Origin: Rebecca billardiae RCC1528
Lineage: Eukaryota; Protista; Haptophyta
Assembly (NCBI GenBank): GCA_965240325.2
Contig: OZ251246.1
Coordinates: 372,001-436,000, forward strand
Length of the DNA: 64,000 nucleotides
Direction of reading: 5' to 3'
Shown: positions 31,715 through 41,659 of the stretch, piece by piece
Layout of the letters: each line of letters starts with the position of its first letter
Numbering within the stretch: position 1 is the first letter of the stretch
Made by a program: the position numbers and the translations under genes
Notes under the pieces: generated by a model
Told to the model about the DNA's origin: nothing
Seen by the model: only the letters and a program-made list of their open reading frames with translations
The model's database searches: none

Positions 31715-34626
31715 GGGGTGGAGTTCCCATTTTCGTCTGGCGCACTTCCGCACTGGGGAGGCGGAAAAGCGGCATTTAATACGCGAATAAGGAAAACTCT
31801 GCCCTGGCGGGCGGGGGGGTCGGCGGGCCGTGCCAGTGCTGTCGCAATGTATCCTCTGCGGGTTCGCGTCTTTCCACATTCTCTCGTGGCCGTGGGTGAC
31901 GGACAGTCGAGTGCAAGGACCAGTGACACGTGAAGTTGGCTCCCCTGAACGTGTACAAGAACAAGTCTCAGTCTGTACTCTAGTATGCGCATCAGCGAGG
32001 CCCACACCCACGAGGGAATGTGCAGCACGCGGGGCGGGACGCGGGGTAGCCCGTTGCTCCGCGCGAGCGCGGGTACGCGCTGTATGTGCCGCATCTCGAC
32101 CGCGATGGCGTAATCGAGCGCCGCGCCGCCGACGAAGCCGCCAGAGTAGATCATGTGCATGTCCTCCTGCCGCCAGCCGAGACGGAGAGCGGTCGCCGCG
32201 AGGATGCTTGCCGATGTCCGCTCCAGGCACGATGGGCTCGGCGCAGGTCGCGTTGACGTCGTACACGGCCGCCACGCTGAGCACGAGCGCGTTGACGTTC
32301 AAGCGGTCGTCGCTCTTCGCATCTTCGACAGGTCTGGCGCCCGCGTGCTCGGCGGCACGAGGAGCTGTTGGTTGTGCGCGCGCGCGCGCACAGCGACAGC
32401 GTGTGCCACTCGCGATCGAGAGTGGGCAAGCGCTGCTCACGCGAGCACACCAATCGCAGCGCATCCGTCACCGGCGTGACGACTTCCGCCTCGTCCCGCA
32501 GCGCCTGCGCCATGGACGAGGCCATGGCGCGGCGATGTTGCATGCTCGACGTTTCATCTGTCTGCGGATGGCATCACGGGCTTGTCTGTGTCGCGCTGCG
32601 GCGAGGGTCGCCAACTCGCGATGACGCGGTTGCTGCCACGGCGACAGACCCGGGAGGTGCGTCCGCTGCGCGTCGTACGCCGTTGGCGCTGCGCTTCCGT
32701 CGCATTGGTCACCGTCGACGCCATGCAGGGGCTGCCGGACGTGGGCTTCCGGGCTGAGGGACCGGACCGCGAGCAATGACTGAGTCCGGTGCGCGGATTC
32801 CGGCGATCGAGTTCAGAAGGCCGCGCCAAATCTTGCGTCGCGTGCGATGGCGCTTCCCGCCCGCGAGACGCCTCGTGATGAGGGCTTTCTCGCACCGAGC
32901 CCGACGCGCGACGGTGGATCGCGCGAGGCGGTCATCGTGCGCAGCGCATGATGCTACGGCCGGTGCGAGCTTTCGACGTGCACGTCGGGCGAGGATCGCC
33001 CCAGGTCTCACGATCGTGTCGACGCGCCGAGCGTACCGCTCCAAACGGGTCGATTTAGCCCCCGTTCGACCTGCACGCGAGACGACGAGGGCAGCAATCG
33101 CGAATCGGGCGAAAACCCCCCTCGGGAGTCCTCTCACGATGTCCGCGCCGGCGTTGGATTTGGCGCGCGCCGCCCACGCGCTCCGCGCCATGGGCGAACC
33201 ACTTTTCGGCCGAGCGTCCCCAGTGGGAGCTGCGAGGGCGCCCGGTAACTAGTGAGCGAAGCGATTTTCTTTTCTCTGCGAGGCGATTTTCCTTTTTCCT
33301 TTTCTTTTTCTTATCTTTTCCCCGGGCACTACAAGGGGCGGACCTACGGCCCGCCATAAAATAATAATGGGAATAAAGCGCACGCAGTGCGCAGAAATTT
33401 TTTTCGGGTAAGTAGTATCAGCGTAGTTACTATGCGAAGCACCATCTGCTGCGAGGCGGCCTGCTTGCGCACGCGGCGTCCCGAGCACCCTCGGGGCTCA
33501 GCTGCGGCTCGGCCTGCGCACGCTCAGCAAGCTCGCGTGCGGCCTGCACCTTGCCCGCCGCCTTGACTCTCGAGCAAGAGGATCGACGTAAGAGTGAGCG
33601 TGTCAGTGTGCCGCCGGCAGCTGCTGTCCGGCAGCCATCCGCGACTGCAGCCGCTGGCCGCGGTGCCTGGCCTCGGCGCGGCCCCACAGGCTCAGCGCTG
33701 GGAGCTCATCCTCCTCCTGCGCTCCTCCTCCAGGCGTTTGAGCCGCCGCCGCCTTGGCCGCCTCGTCCTCGTCGATCAGCTGAACGGCGGGAGTGATGTC
33801 TCTGCTCAGCTGAGTGTGACGTGACAAGCGAGGCGACGAGCGACAGCAGCCCGATGACCAAGCCGACGAGCTCATCGTACGAGCCGTCACGCGTGCGCTC
33901 GTGCCGTGTCTGAGCTGGCTCGCGCTCGTACGCCGACCAGGCTTTGCTCGGACTGAACGCGTGTGCTCAGGCGTCCTTGTGTGTGCGCTTGGACGGCCGC
34001 GGGCCGTCATCTGGTCCGACCGCGCGCAGCTCGATCTCGGACGCGTTGAGCTGCTCCGCGGTTGACTCACCCTCTGCCTCAGGTTCGACCACGGCAGCAG
34101 GCCCCGCAGCAGCCGCCAGGTAGCATCGGCAGGAGCCCCTGCGCCACCCGACGCCGTCCGCACATCGGCCAGCTTGCCGCACACGCGCTGGACCACGGCC
34201 TCGCCGAACTTGACGCGGATGTGGTGCCAGGTCGTCGTGGCAATCGTTTGGCTATCGACAACGGGCACGGGCACCTCGATCACGACAACGCCTGTCGCGT
34301 AGGCTGTGTAGCGATGTCCGTCCACGACTCCGTCGTGGGTGGACGGCGCACGCCATCGCGGCCGTGGGCGCAAGTGTCTCGTGAATTGTTTTTTTATTCA
34401 CTAATTCGCCCAGCCGCTACATCGAACTCGACAACGGTTGCTTTTACACCCGCGGTCTTTTGACTGTGCAAATGGGGCGCCGCCCCATGCTCAAATCCGA
34501 AGAGAACGAAGATGTAAAAGTGTCTGGTCCCTAGATACTGTGCTGTCCGGGTCTCGGTCCGGTCAGAGACAGATCTGAGCAGCCGGATTTTCCGCCCGGA
34601 CAGGCCAGAAAATGGGATTTTCACCC
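31715..34626 (-). mobile_element. PIF/Harbinger-like element family B, long copy (2.9 kb)
   Basis: GGGGTGGAGTTCCCATTTTC ... GAAAATGGGATTTTCACCC with 3-bp TSD AGA. Contains ~1.6 kb absent from the 20611 copy; ORFs decayed. Confidence 0.8.
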
Positions 34627-35100
34627 AGAGTCAGAGTGAGACTCACTGAGAGAGAGAGAGAGTCAAAAGTCAATAAAGCGGATATCGATCGTCGAGAAAG
34701 AGAGACGAGCTCGTCGATCGGCGGAACCAGTTTTCGACGAATTTAATAATCAGCTGCCCACAGTGTCACTGTCCGAGTCGGACAGGGTGACTCGGACAGC
34801 TCAGACGATATATATACTACTATATATACGTAGTATCGGATTCATCACTCTTCGGGCAAAAATCGTGAGAGCACTTGAGCAGACTGCAGAGTAGCAGTAT
34901 AGAGTCTACTGCTGTATTACGGTCTAGCGCAGATCAGTAGTTCAGTAATAAGTAGTAGTACTGCACGGACCGGAGGCCCCTGGGCCTGGACAGCACCGTG
35001 CGGCGTGAGTCATTCATTACTCAGCACTCAGTGATAGATGCATGCTGTGGGGGCACTGCACAGCCATCCGCGACACGACCGCCCTCCGCTGTAGGGGGGC

Positions 35101-35471
35101 TGACAAATCGGATGAAAACCCGTTTGCCGAGCGAGCTAAATCGGCTTGCGCAAGCCGATTTAGCTCGCTCGGCAAACGGGTTTTCATCCGATTTGTCATA
35201 ACCGAGGTCACCTGGGGACACCCCGCGAGGGGCTGTTGTCCGTCCCAGTCTACCGACTCCGGATTTGTTGACGAGGTTGTTCCTTCCCCGCCCGGTCTGT
35301 CCCGGGTGTCCGCCCTGCGTGCTCGTCTGCGCTGTGTGGCTTCGTAGAGGCTCCGGCTTCTGTGTGCGTGTGGGCGGTGAGCCCTTCTGCGGCTGTGGCT
35401 TCTTGAGGCTCGTTGTTGTAGCGTTGTTGTTGACCCGGGTGTGACTCGCCCGGGGGCTGCGCTTCTCGTGG
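35101..35471. repeat. Left 371-bp terminal inverted repeat, starting with a perfect 98-bp palindrome (35101-35198)
   Basis: Reverse complement of 41086-41456 with no mismatch seen; palindrome has 49-bp arms and no spacer. Confidence 0.95.
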
Positions 35472-35605
35472 AGCCGTGCTCGTCTTCTGTCGGCGGTGGG
35501 TCGTTGTCCGATTTCTGTTCGATTCTTCGTCGTCTCCGGCTCGTCTTCCTCCCCCCGGGCCGTAAGGCTCTCGCGGGGAGCCGGAGAGTGGGCAAGAACT
35601 TTTTG

Positions 35606-35631
35606 TGGCACGTCGGTAGTGGGATTCGAAC
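35606..35631 (+). promoter_or_regulatory. Primer-binding-site-like sequence complementary to a tRNA 3' end
   Basis: TGG-CA-CGTCGGTAGTGGGATTCGAAC; the reverse complement GTTCGAATCCCACTACCGACG reads as T-loop, T-stem, acceptor strand and G discriminator (Ser-like). Confidence 0.65.
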
Positions 35632-35689
35632 AGGCGACTTTAGTCCTGACAAATCGGATGAAAACCCGTTTGCCGCTTCACCCTTTGAC

Positions 35690-38600
35690 ATGGCGGAGCC
35701 GCCGGGTGGCGACATGCGTGACCAGCTCCCGCCGCGAGCTCTCGTCCTCAAGCCGCAGGACCTCCGCACGGCCATCTCCGTTCTTGTGGTCATGGTCACG
35801 TCGAAGCCGGACATGGACGTCGCGCTCGCGTTCTCCAACCCGTCCTCGCCCCTCGAGCCGGGCAAGGACGATACCGGCGCGGACAAGCCCATCGTCTGCC
35901 CCCCGTCCACCGCCGCCGCCACCATCCAGGCCAAGCAGCTGCGCACGCAGGCTTTCATCGTGCAGTTGCTTCTCAAGGCGGTCGCTCCTCGCATCCTCGA
36001 CCCGATCATCGCGCAGTTGCAGCACTCGGGTCTCGGGCTCGAGCTGTCTCATCTCGTCAACGCGCTCAACGTGCGCTGCAACAGCTCCCGCCCCTCCTCG
36101 CTCGTCGCCAAGCTGTACGCCCTGCTCTCGATCAAACTGTCGCCGAGCGAGAGCTTCCACGCCTTTGCTGCCCGCGTGATGTCCAACGCCACGGAGCTGC
36201 GCGGCGTCGAGATCAAGGACGACATCTTCACGCTCGTCGTGATCCTCGTGAACCTCTACGGCCGCAACCCGTCCTTCGTCAGCTCGGTGATCGCGACGAT
36301 GAACGACCAGCCCATCTCGGTGGAGGATCTCATCGAGCGCGTGCACGATCTCGACCGCGTCGCCGCCGCCGCCAACGGCACGAACCCCAACCGCCAGGCC
36401 GTCAACGCGCTCACCTCCAAGGGCCGGCCAGGCGCATCCATGCCTCCTACCCCGTGCAAGTACTGCGGCGGCATGCACTGGAACCGCGACTGCCCGAACC
36501 GCCCCCAGACGTCCACCTCGCGCTCCTCGGGCGCGACGCCCGCAGCCGACGCTCGCTCCGGCGGCGCGCGCCGCCCGACTCACAAGTCCAACAAGCTCCA
36601 GCGCGTGCCCTCCGCGCCCTCGCAGTCGCAGCCGCAGCCGACGCCGCAGCGGGCGAAGCCGTCGGCGACCACGACGCGCGTGCGGCTCATCCAGGACGGC
36701 ACGCCGACGCTCAACGCCATCTCCATCTCGGGCTCGGCGTCAGGCCCCAACTCGCAGCCGGCGGCGACCGACGCCGACGCGCCGCCGCCGCCGCCCGCCA
36801 ACTCGCAGCCGCCCGCCGACTCGCCGCTGTCGCGGGCGCGCTTCAACTCGCTGCCGACGCTCGTCCTCACGCCGTCGTCGCGGCAGCCCGCCGGCGCGCC
36901 GCCGCCGCCGCCGGCGCCCGCCAACTCGCCGCCGCCCGCCGACTCGCAGCTGTCGCGGGCGCACTCCAACTCGCAGCCGGCGCTCACCAACACGCCGCCG
37001 CTGCCGCCGCCCGCCGACTCGCAGCAGCCGGCGCTGTCGCTCATCGACCAGCAGCCGGCGCTCTACTCGCCGCCGCCGCCGCTGTTCGACCCGCCGACGC
37101 AGGCCAGCTCGCCGCCGCCGCCCTTCGGCCCGCCGTCGCCGCCGACGCAGGTCGACTCGCCGTCGCCGCCGGCGTCTGAGGCCGGCTCCCCGATCCAGCT
37201 CGCGACGGCGGCCGAGCTCGAGCGCGGCCAGAATGTGATCATCATGGCGTTGCGCCAGTCCATCCGCAAGCCCGCCTCCTACGAGCCGTTCCACCTCAAG
37301 CCGTTCCGTCTCGCCAACCCCCCGGACGACCGCGACGCCTCCGCCTCCGACTCGGCCTCGGAGACGGACGATGAGCTGCCGGACCTTGTCCCGTGCACTC
37401 CCTCGTCCACGACCTCGGCTTCGGACGCGGCCTCGGACACGTCCGACGACTGCCCCAGCCTGGACGACGTCTCCATCGCGGGCAACCACACCTACCCGCT
37501 CGGCCACCTCGGCCAGCTCGCCGGAGAGCCGCTCACGCTCAGCCCGTACGAGTTCCTCGCCGCAGCCGCCGCGGCCGAGGCCGAGATCCATCGCGCACGG
37601 TCTTTCGGTGACGCCGGCGCCTACATCGATGACCTGATCGTCCGGTACGAGCCGCCGCCGCCGCGGTTCAAGCACGAGGGTCGGCTCCGCGCGCTCTTCA
37701 AGTCCTCGCACGGTGCCTTCCTCTTCCTCGTCGCGCTCGCCGTCCTCGCCATCATCTCGATCCTCACCGCGGTCACCTGCTGCGCCCGCACCGGCCCGCC
37801 CATCATCTGCGGCGTCTCCCGCTCGTTTGACCCGATCAACCCGACCTGCATCCAGCAGCCGTTGCTCGCCGATCCGGAGGAGATTGAGAACGTGCACTCG
37901 ACGATCTCCTTCGCCATCGGCACGCCGTTCACAGGCGACATCGCCCAGGCGAGCATCTCGATCATGATCGACACCGGCGCGGACACCACCATCGCCTCGA
38001 CCGCGTTCTCTCGGTTTGCCGCCAAGTCCTTCCGCCAGTTCTCGGAGGCGCGCGCGGCGAACGGCACGCGGATCAAGATCAACACCTCGGCCTCGTTCGC
38101 CCTCGGCATGCGCTCGATCGACGGCGACCTCATCACGCTGCCGCTCATGGACGTCCCGCTCTCTCCAGACGTCCCGGGCTTCTACATGAGCGACACTTGG
38201 CTGACCCGCCTCGGCATCTCGTTCATCTCGCTCGCGGCGCCGACCACCTTCATGTCCGGCGCCACCCCGATCCACGCGCAGGGCGGCCGGTACCTGCTGT
38301 ACGGCGACAAGCTCGTTCCTCTGCACGGCCGCGATCTCGCATGCGCCGTCTTCATCCCGGACGACGACTCGCCGTCGCCCACCATCGCCGCGTCCGGCCT
38401 CCACGTGCCGCCCGCCCCGCTCCAGTCCTCGCTGCCGCCGCCGCCGGCGCAGCCGCCCACGTCCGACGGCGCTCTCGTCATCGTGACCATGGACCAGGCC
38501 TCGCAGACCGCCGACCTCGCGCCGGACGACGACACGTTCTGCGACGAGTGCTGCGTCGAGTTCAAGGACACCGACGAGCTCTCGCGCGTCGCTCACCTCC

Positions 38601-41600
38601 GGCTCGGCCACGCTCACGCAGCTGCCGTCAACCGCACGCTCGCCGCATCCAAGCACCTCGGCGCGCGCAACCTCAAGTCGGACTGCTCGTGCGCGCTCGC
38701 CAAGATGAAGCGCAACTCGTTCACGTCCACGTCGCCCCGCTCGGAGAAGGCGTTCGTGCTCGTCCATGTCGACGTCGCCGGCTACGTCGACGGCAAGTTC
38801 ATCGTGAACCCGGACGATTTTGCCAAGTTCTACGTGATCGTGTTTGTCGACGACTACACCCGGGCCGGCTTCATCTACTTCCTCGACCGCCGCTCGGACG
38901 CACCGGAGGCGATGCGACGCTTCATCGACGACATGTCGGTCTACGGCCACACCGTCAGCCGCTTCCGCGTCGACGGCGCCCCCGAGCTCAACTCGACCGA
39001 CTGGGAGGGCATCTGCCGCGCCCACGGCATCGCCCCCAACCAGGTCACGCCGCCCGACACGCCGCAGCACAACCCGATCGCCGAGCGCTTCATCCAGACG
39101 CTCTTCAACGCGGCGCGCTCGATCCTGTTCCACTCCAAGCTGCGCATCGACGCCTACGCCAAGGACGCGCTGCGCCACGCCGCGTACATCATCCGCCGCA
39201 TCGCCACGCCGGTGACGTTCGACAAGACGCCGTTCGAGCTGCTGCGCGGCTTCCCGCCAGATCTCGCTCAGCTGCGTGTCTTCGGCTGCGTCGCCTACGT
39301 CGTGCCGCCGAACACGCACTTCAAGAAGCTCGACCCGCGCGCCGTCATGGGCGTCTACGTCGGCCACGGCGACGACGGCCACATGGTGAACGTCCCGCCC
39401 AAGAACCGCACGCGCTACACGAAGGCGATCATCGTACGCGTGCCCGGCGACGGCCAGATCGTCCCGGACATGTTCATCATCTCGCACCACGTGCGCTTCG
39501 ACGAGGACACGCTCTACGTCGACCACCCCGACGCCGCTCACATCGCGCGCGACCCGCTCGCCGCCGCGCCGCAGCTGCCGCCGACGTCGCCGCCGCTCGA
39601 CCTCCATGCTGCCGATGTGGGTAATGGGGGAAGTTCCCACGGCGCCGTCCGGCGCCGCGATGGCGCTGGCGCATTCGGACACGCTGAGCGGGTGGGGGAC
39701 GCACCGCACGCCTACGTCGGAGACGCTGACGACGACGCCGCCGGCGCCGAGGACTCCCTCGATGTCGGCAACGCGCTCAACGACGACGACCCGCCCTCAT
39801 CTCGCACGCGCGCGCGCGCACACGTCAACTCGGTCGCGTCGCCGACTTACTCCAAGCTGCCGCGCATCTACGCGCTCCTGCTCGCCATCGGACTCTCGGA
39901 CACGCCGACGGCGGTGCAAGCACTCAACGGCCCGCATGCGACGCAGTTCGCCGCCGCTCTCGACGCCGAGTACGCCTCCATCCTGGCCAACGACACGTGG
40001 GTGGAGGTGCCGCGCAAGCCGGGGATGCGCACGCTGAAGGCGGCGCCCGTGTTCAACATCAAGCGCGACAAGAAGGGCAACATCAAGCGGTTCAAGGCCC
40101 GCGTCGTGGGCAAGGGCTTCACGCAGATCGAGGGCATCGACTACGACGAGACCTTCTCCTCGGTCGTCCGCTACGAGACCCTCAAGATGATCATCGCCAT
40201 CGCCGCGGCCAAGCAGCGCCGCCTCTTCCACGGCGACTTCACGACGGCGTACCTCAACGCGCCGATCGACTACGAGATCTACCTCGAGCTGCCGCTCGGG
40301 TACAAGCCGAAGAAGAAGGGCGACGTCGTGCTGCGCCTCCTCAAGAGCCTCTACGGTCTCAAGCAGTCCGGCCGCAACTGGCGTCTCATGATCGACGACT
40401 GGATGAAGGAGTACGGGTTCGCGCAGAGCCAGGCCGACCCGTGCCTCTATGTCCTCAACACGCAGTCGGGCATCATCGCCGTGTGCATCTACGTGGACGA
40501 CATGCTCATCCTCGACGACAGCGACGACCCGACCGCCTGCGACCACTTCATCTCGAAGATCACATCCTCGTACAAGATGACCATCACGGCCGACATCGAC
40601 GGCTACCTGTCGGCCACGCTCACGCGCTCCAAGGACGGCATCATGGTGACCGTCACCAAGAACATCCTCGAGCTCCTCGAGAAGACGGGCTTCATGAACT
40701 GCAACACGTCCGACACGCCGATGACCGAGGGCCTCAAGCTCGGCCCGTGCTCCGAGTCAGACGCGCTCGACGCGGAGACGACGACGTTCTTCCGCTCCGT
40801 GGTCGGCTCGCTCATCCACATCACGCAGTTTCGCCCGGACATCGCCTACGCCGTCGGCACGCTCACCCACTTCATGTCCAAGCCGGGCAAGAAGCACCTC
40901 GAGGCTGCCAAGCGCGTCATCCGCTACCTCGCCGGCACGCCGAACCACGGCCTCTTCTTCCGCTCGGGCTCGGACGTCACGCTCGTCGCGTACGTGGACG
41001 CCGACTACGCCAACGACCTCCACGACGAGCGCAAGTCTGTCACCGGCTACGTGATGCACCTCTGCGGCTCGACGGTGAGCGGCCGCCACGAGAAGCGCAG
41101 CCCCCGGGCGAGTCACACCCGGGTCAACAACAACGCTACAACAACGAGCCTCAAGAAGCCACAGCCGCAGAAGGGCTCACCGCCCACACGCACACAGAAG
41201 CCGGAGCCTCTACGAAGCCACACAGCGCAGACGAGCACGCAGGGCGGACACCCGGGACAGACCGGGCGGGGAAGGAACAACCTCGTCAACAAATCCGGAG
41301 TCGGTAGACTGGGACGGACAACAGCCCCTCGCGGGGTGTCCCCAGGTGACCTCGGTTATGACAAATCGGATGAAAACCCGTTTGCCGAGCGAGCTAAATC
41401 GGCTTGCGCAAGCCGATTTAGCTCGCTCGGCAAACGGGTTTTCATCCGATTTGTCAGGGGCCAAACCGCCCATTTAAAAATGAAAAGCAAAGTCGCGTCG
41501 CATTTTCGCTCCGCCCTCGGCCTTTTAGGGTGGCGCGGAGCCTTTTTCTCGGACCTCGCTCGAAAATCGAGCTCCGACGCCTTCGGGCGCTCAGAGCTCG

Positions 41601-41659
41601 GTTCCGCTCCAGCACGAGCGGCCGGAGGCAGTGGACCGCCGCGCGCTCGCGACCTTTGA
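35690..41659 (+). CDS. Copia Gag-Pol polyprotein, RNase H truncated at ~41085 and read through into the inverted repeat
   Basis: Zn knuckle CKYCGGMHWNRDC (36455); protease IDTGA (~37968); integrase HLRLGH, HVDVAG, FVDDYTR, VDGAPE, HNPIAER; RT KARVVGKGFTQ..GIDY, LYGLKQSGRNW, YVDD (40490); RNase H start YVDADYA..RKSVTG. Confidence 0.92.
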   Translation: MAEPPGGDMRDQLPPRALVLKPQDLRTAISVLVVMVTSKPDMDVALAFSNPSSPLEPGKDDTGADKPIVCPPSTAAATIQAKQLRTQAFIVQLLLKAVAPRILDPIIAQLQHSGLGLELSHLVNALNVRCNSSRPSSLVAKLYALLSIKLSPSESFHAFAARVMSNATELRGVEIKDDIFTLVVILVNLYGRNPSFVSSVIATMNDQPISVEDLIERVHDLDRVAAAANGTNPNRQAVNALTSKGRPGASMPPTPCKYCGGMHWNRDCPNRPQTSTSRSSGATPAADARSGGARRPTHKSNKLQRVPSAPSQSQPQPTPQRAKPSATTTRVRLIQDGTPTLNAISISGSASGPNSQPAATDADAPPPPPANSQPPADSPLSRARFNSLPTLVLTPSSRQPAGAPPPPPAPANSPPPADSQLSRAHSNSQPALTNTPPLPPPADSQQPALSLIDQQPALYSPPPPLFDPPTQASSPPPPFGPPSPPTQVDSPSPPASEAGSPIQLATAAELERGQNVIIMALRQSIRKPASYEPFHLKPFRLANPPDDRDASASDSASETDDELPDLVPCTPSSTTSASDAASDTSDDCPSLDDVSIAGNHTYPLGHLGQLAGEPLTLSPYEFLAAAAAAEAEIHRARSFGDAGAYIDDLIVRYEPPPPRFKHEGRLRALFKSSHGAFLFLVALAVLAIISILTAVTCCARTGPPIICGVSRSFDPINPTCIQQPLLADPEEIENVHSTISFAIGTPFTGDIAQASISIMIDTGADTTIASTAFSRFAAKSFRQFSEARAANGTRIKINTSASFALGMRSIDGDLITLPLMDVPLSPDVPGFYMSDTWLTRLGISFISLAAPTTFMSGATPIHAQGGRYLLYGDKLVPLHGRDLACAVFIPDDDSPSPTIAASGLHVPPAPLQSSLPPPPAQPPTSDGALVIVTMDQASQTADLAPDDDTFCDECCVEFKDTDELSRVAHLRLGHAHAAAVNRTLAASKHLGARNLKSDCSCALAKMKRNSFTSTSPRSEKAFVLVHVDVAGYVDGKFIVNPDDFAKFYVIVFVDDYTRAGFIYFLDRRSDAPEAMRRFIDDMSVYGHTVSRFRVDGAPELNSTDWEGICRAHGIAPNQVTPPDTPQHNPIAERFIQTLFNAARSILFHSKLRIDAYAKDALRHAAYIIRRIATPVTFDKTPFELLRGFPPDLAQLRVFGCVAYVVPPNTHFKKLDPRAVMGVYVGHGDDGHMVNVPPKNRTRYTKAIIVRVPGDGQIVPDMFIISHHVRFDEDTLYVDHPDAAHIARDPLAAAPQLPPTSPPLDLHAADVGNGGSSHGAVRRRDGAGAFGHAERVGDAPHAYVGDADDDAAGAEDSLDVGNALNDDDPPSSRTRARAHVNSVASPTYSKLPRIYALLLAIGLSDTPTAVQALNGPHATQFAAALDAEYASILANDTWVEVPRKPGMRTLKAAPVFNIKRDKKGNIKRFKARVVGKGFTQIEGIDYDETFSSVVRYETLKMIIAIAAAKQRRLFHGDFTTAYLNAPIDYEIYLELPLGYKPKKKGDVVLRLLKSLYGLKQSGRNWRLMIDDWMKEYGFAQSQADPCLYVLNTQSGIIAVCIYVDDMLILDDSDDPTACDHFISKITSSYKMTITADIDGYLSATLTRSKDGIMVTVTKNILELLEKTGFMNCNTSDTPMTEGLKLGPCSESDALDAETTTFFRSVVGSLIHITQFRPDIAYAVGTLTHFMSKPGKKHLEAAKRVIRYLAGTPNHGLFFRSGSDVTLVAYVDADYANDLHDERKSVTGYVMHLCGSTVSGRHEKRSPRASHTRVNNNATTTSLKKPQPQKGSPPTRTQKPEPLRSHTAQTSTQGGHPGQTGRGRNNLVNKSGVGRLGRTTAPRGVSPGDLGYDKSDENPFAERAKSACASRFSSLGKRVFIRFVRGQTAHLKMKSKVASHFRSALGLLGWRGAFFSDLARKSSSDAFGRSELGSAPARAAGGSGPPRARDL
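41086..41456. repeat. Right 371-bp terminal inverted repeat, ending with the perfect 98-bp palindrome (41359-41456)
   Basis: Reverse complement of 35101-35471. Confidence 0.95.

Larger units (their letters stand above)
35101..41456 (+). mobile_element. Ty1/Copia-type retrotransposon with terminal inverted repeats and palindromic ends
   Basis: TG...CA ends; 5-bp TSD GGGGC (35096-35100 / 41457-41461); Gag-PR-IN-RT-RH domain order; 371-bp inverted terminal repeats. Confidence 0.92.

Noticed and set aside
35092-35100. TAGGGGGGC as a polypurine tract before an LTR
   Set aside because: It is the left TIR of transposon family A plus the GGGGC target duplication.
35611-35631. A tRNA gene on the minus strand
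   Set aside because: Only the 3' 21 nt are present, with no D or anticodon arm; interpreted as a PBS.
35441-35689. N-terminal extension of the 2072-aa ORF
   Set aside because: It starts at a non-ATG codon within the terminal repeat/PBS leader; ATG 35690 is the plausible start.
36740-39709. 989-aa antisense ORF and many other long Arg/Ala-rich overlapping ORFs
   Set aside because: These are shadow frames expected from extreme GC3 bias; no domains recognised.
35101-41456. Classification as a DIRS/tyrosine-recombinase element because of the ITRs and internal complementary copy
   Set aside because: It encodes a DDE integrase before a Copia-type RT, has a protease and a 5-bp TSD, and no tyrosine recombinase ORF is seen.
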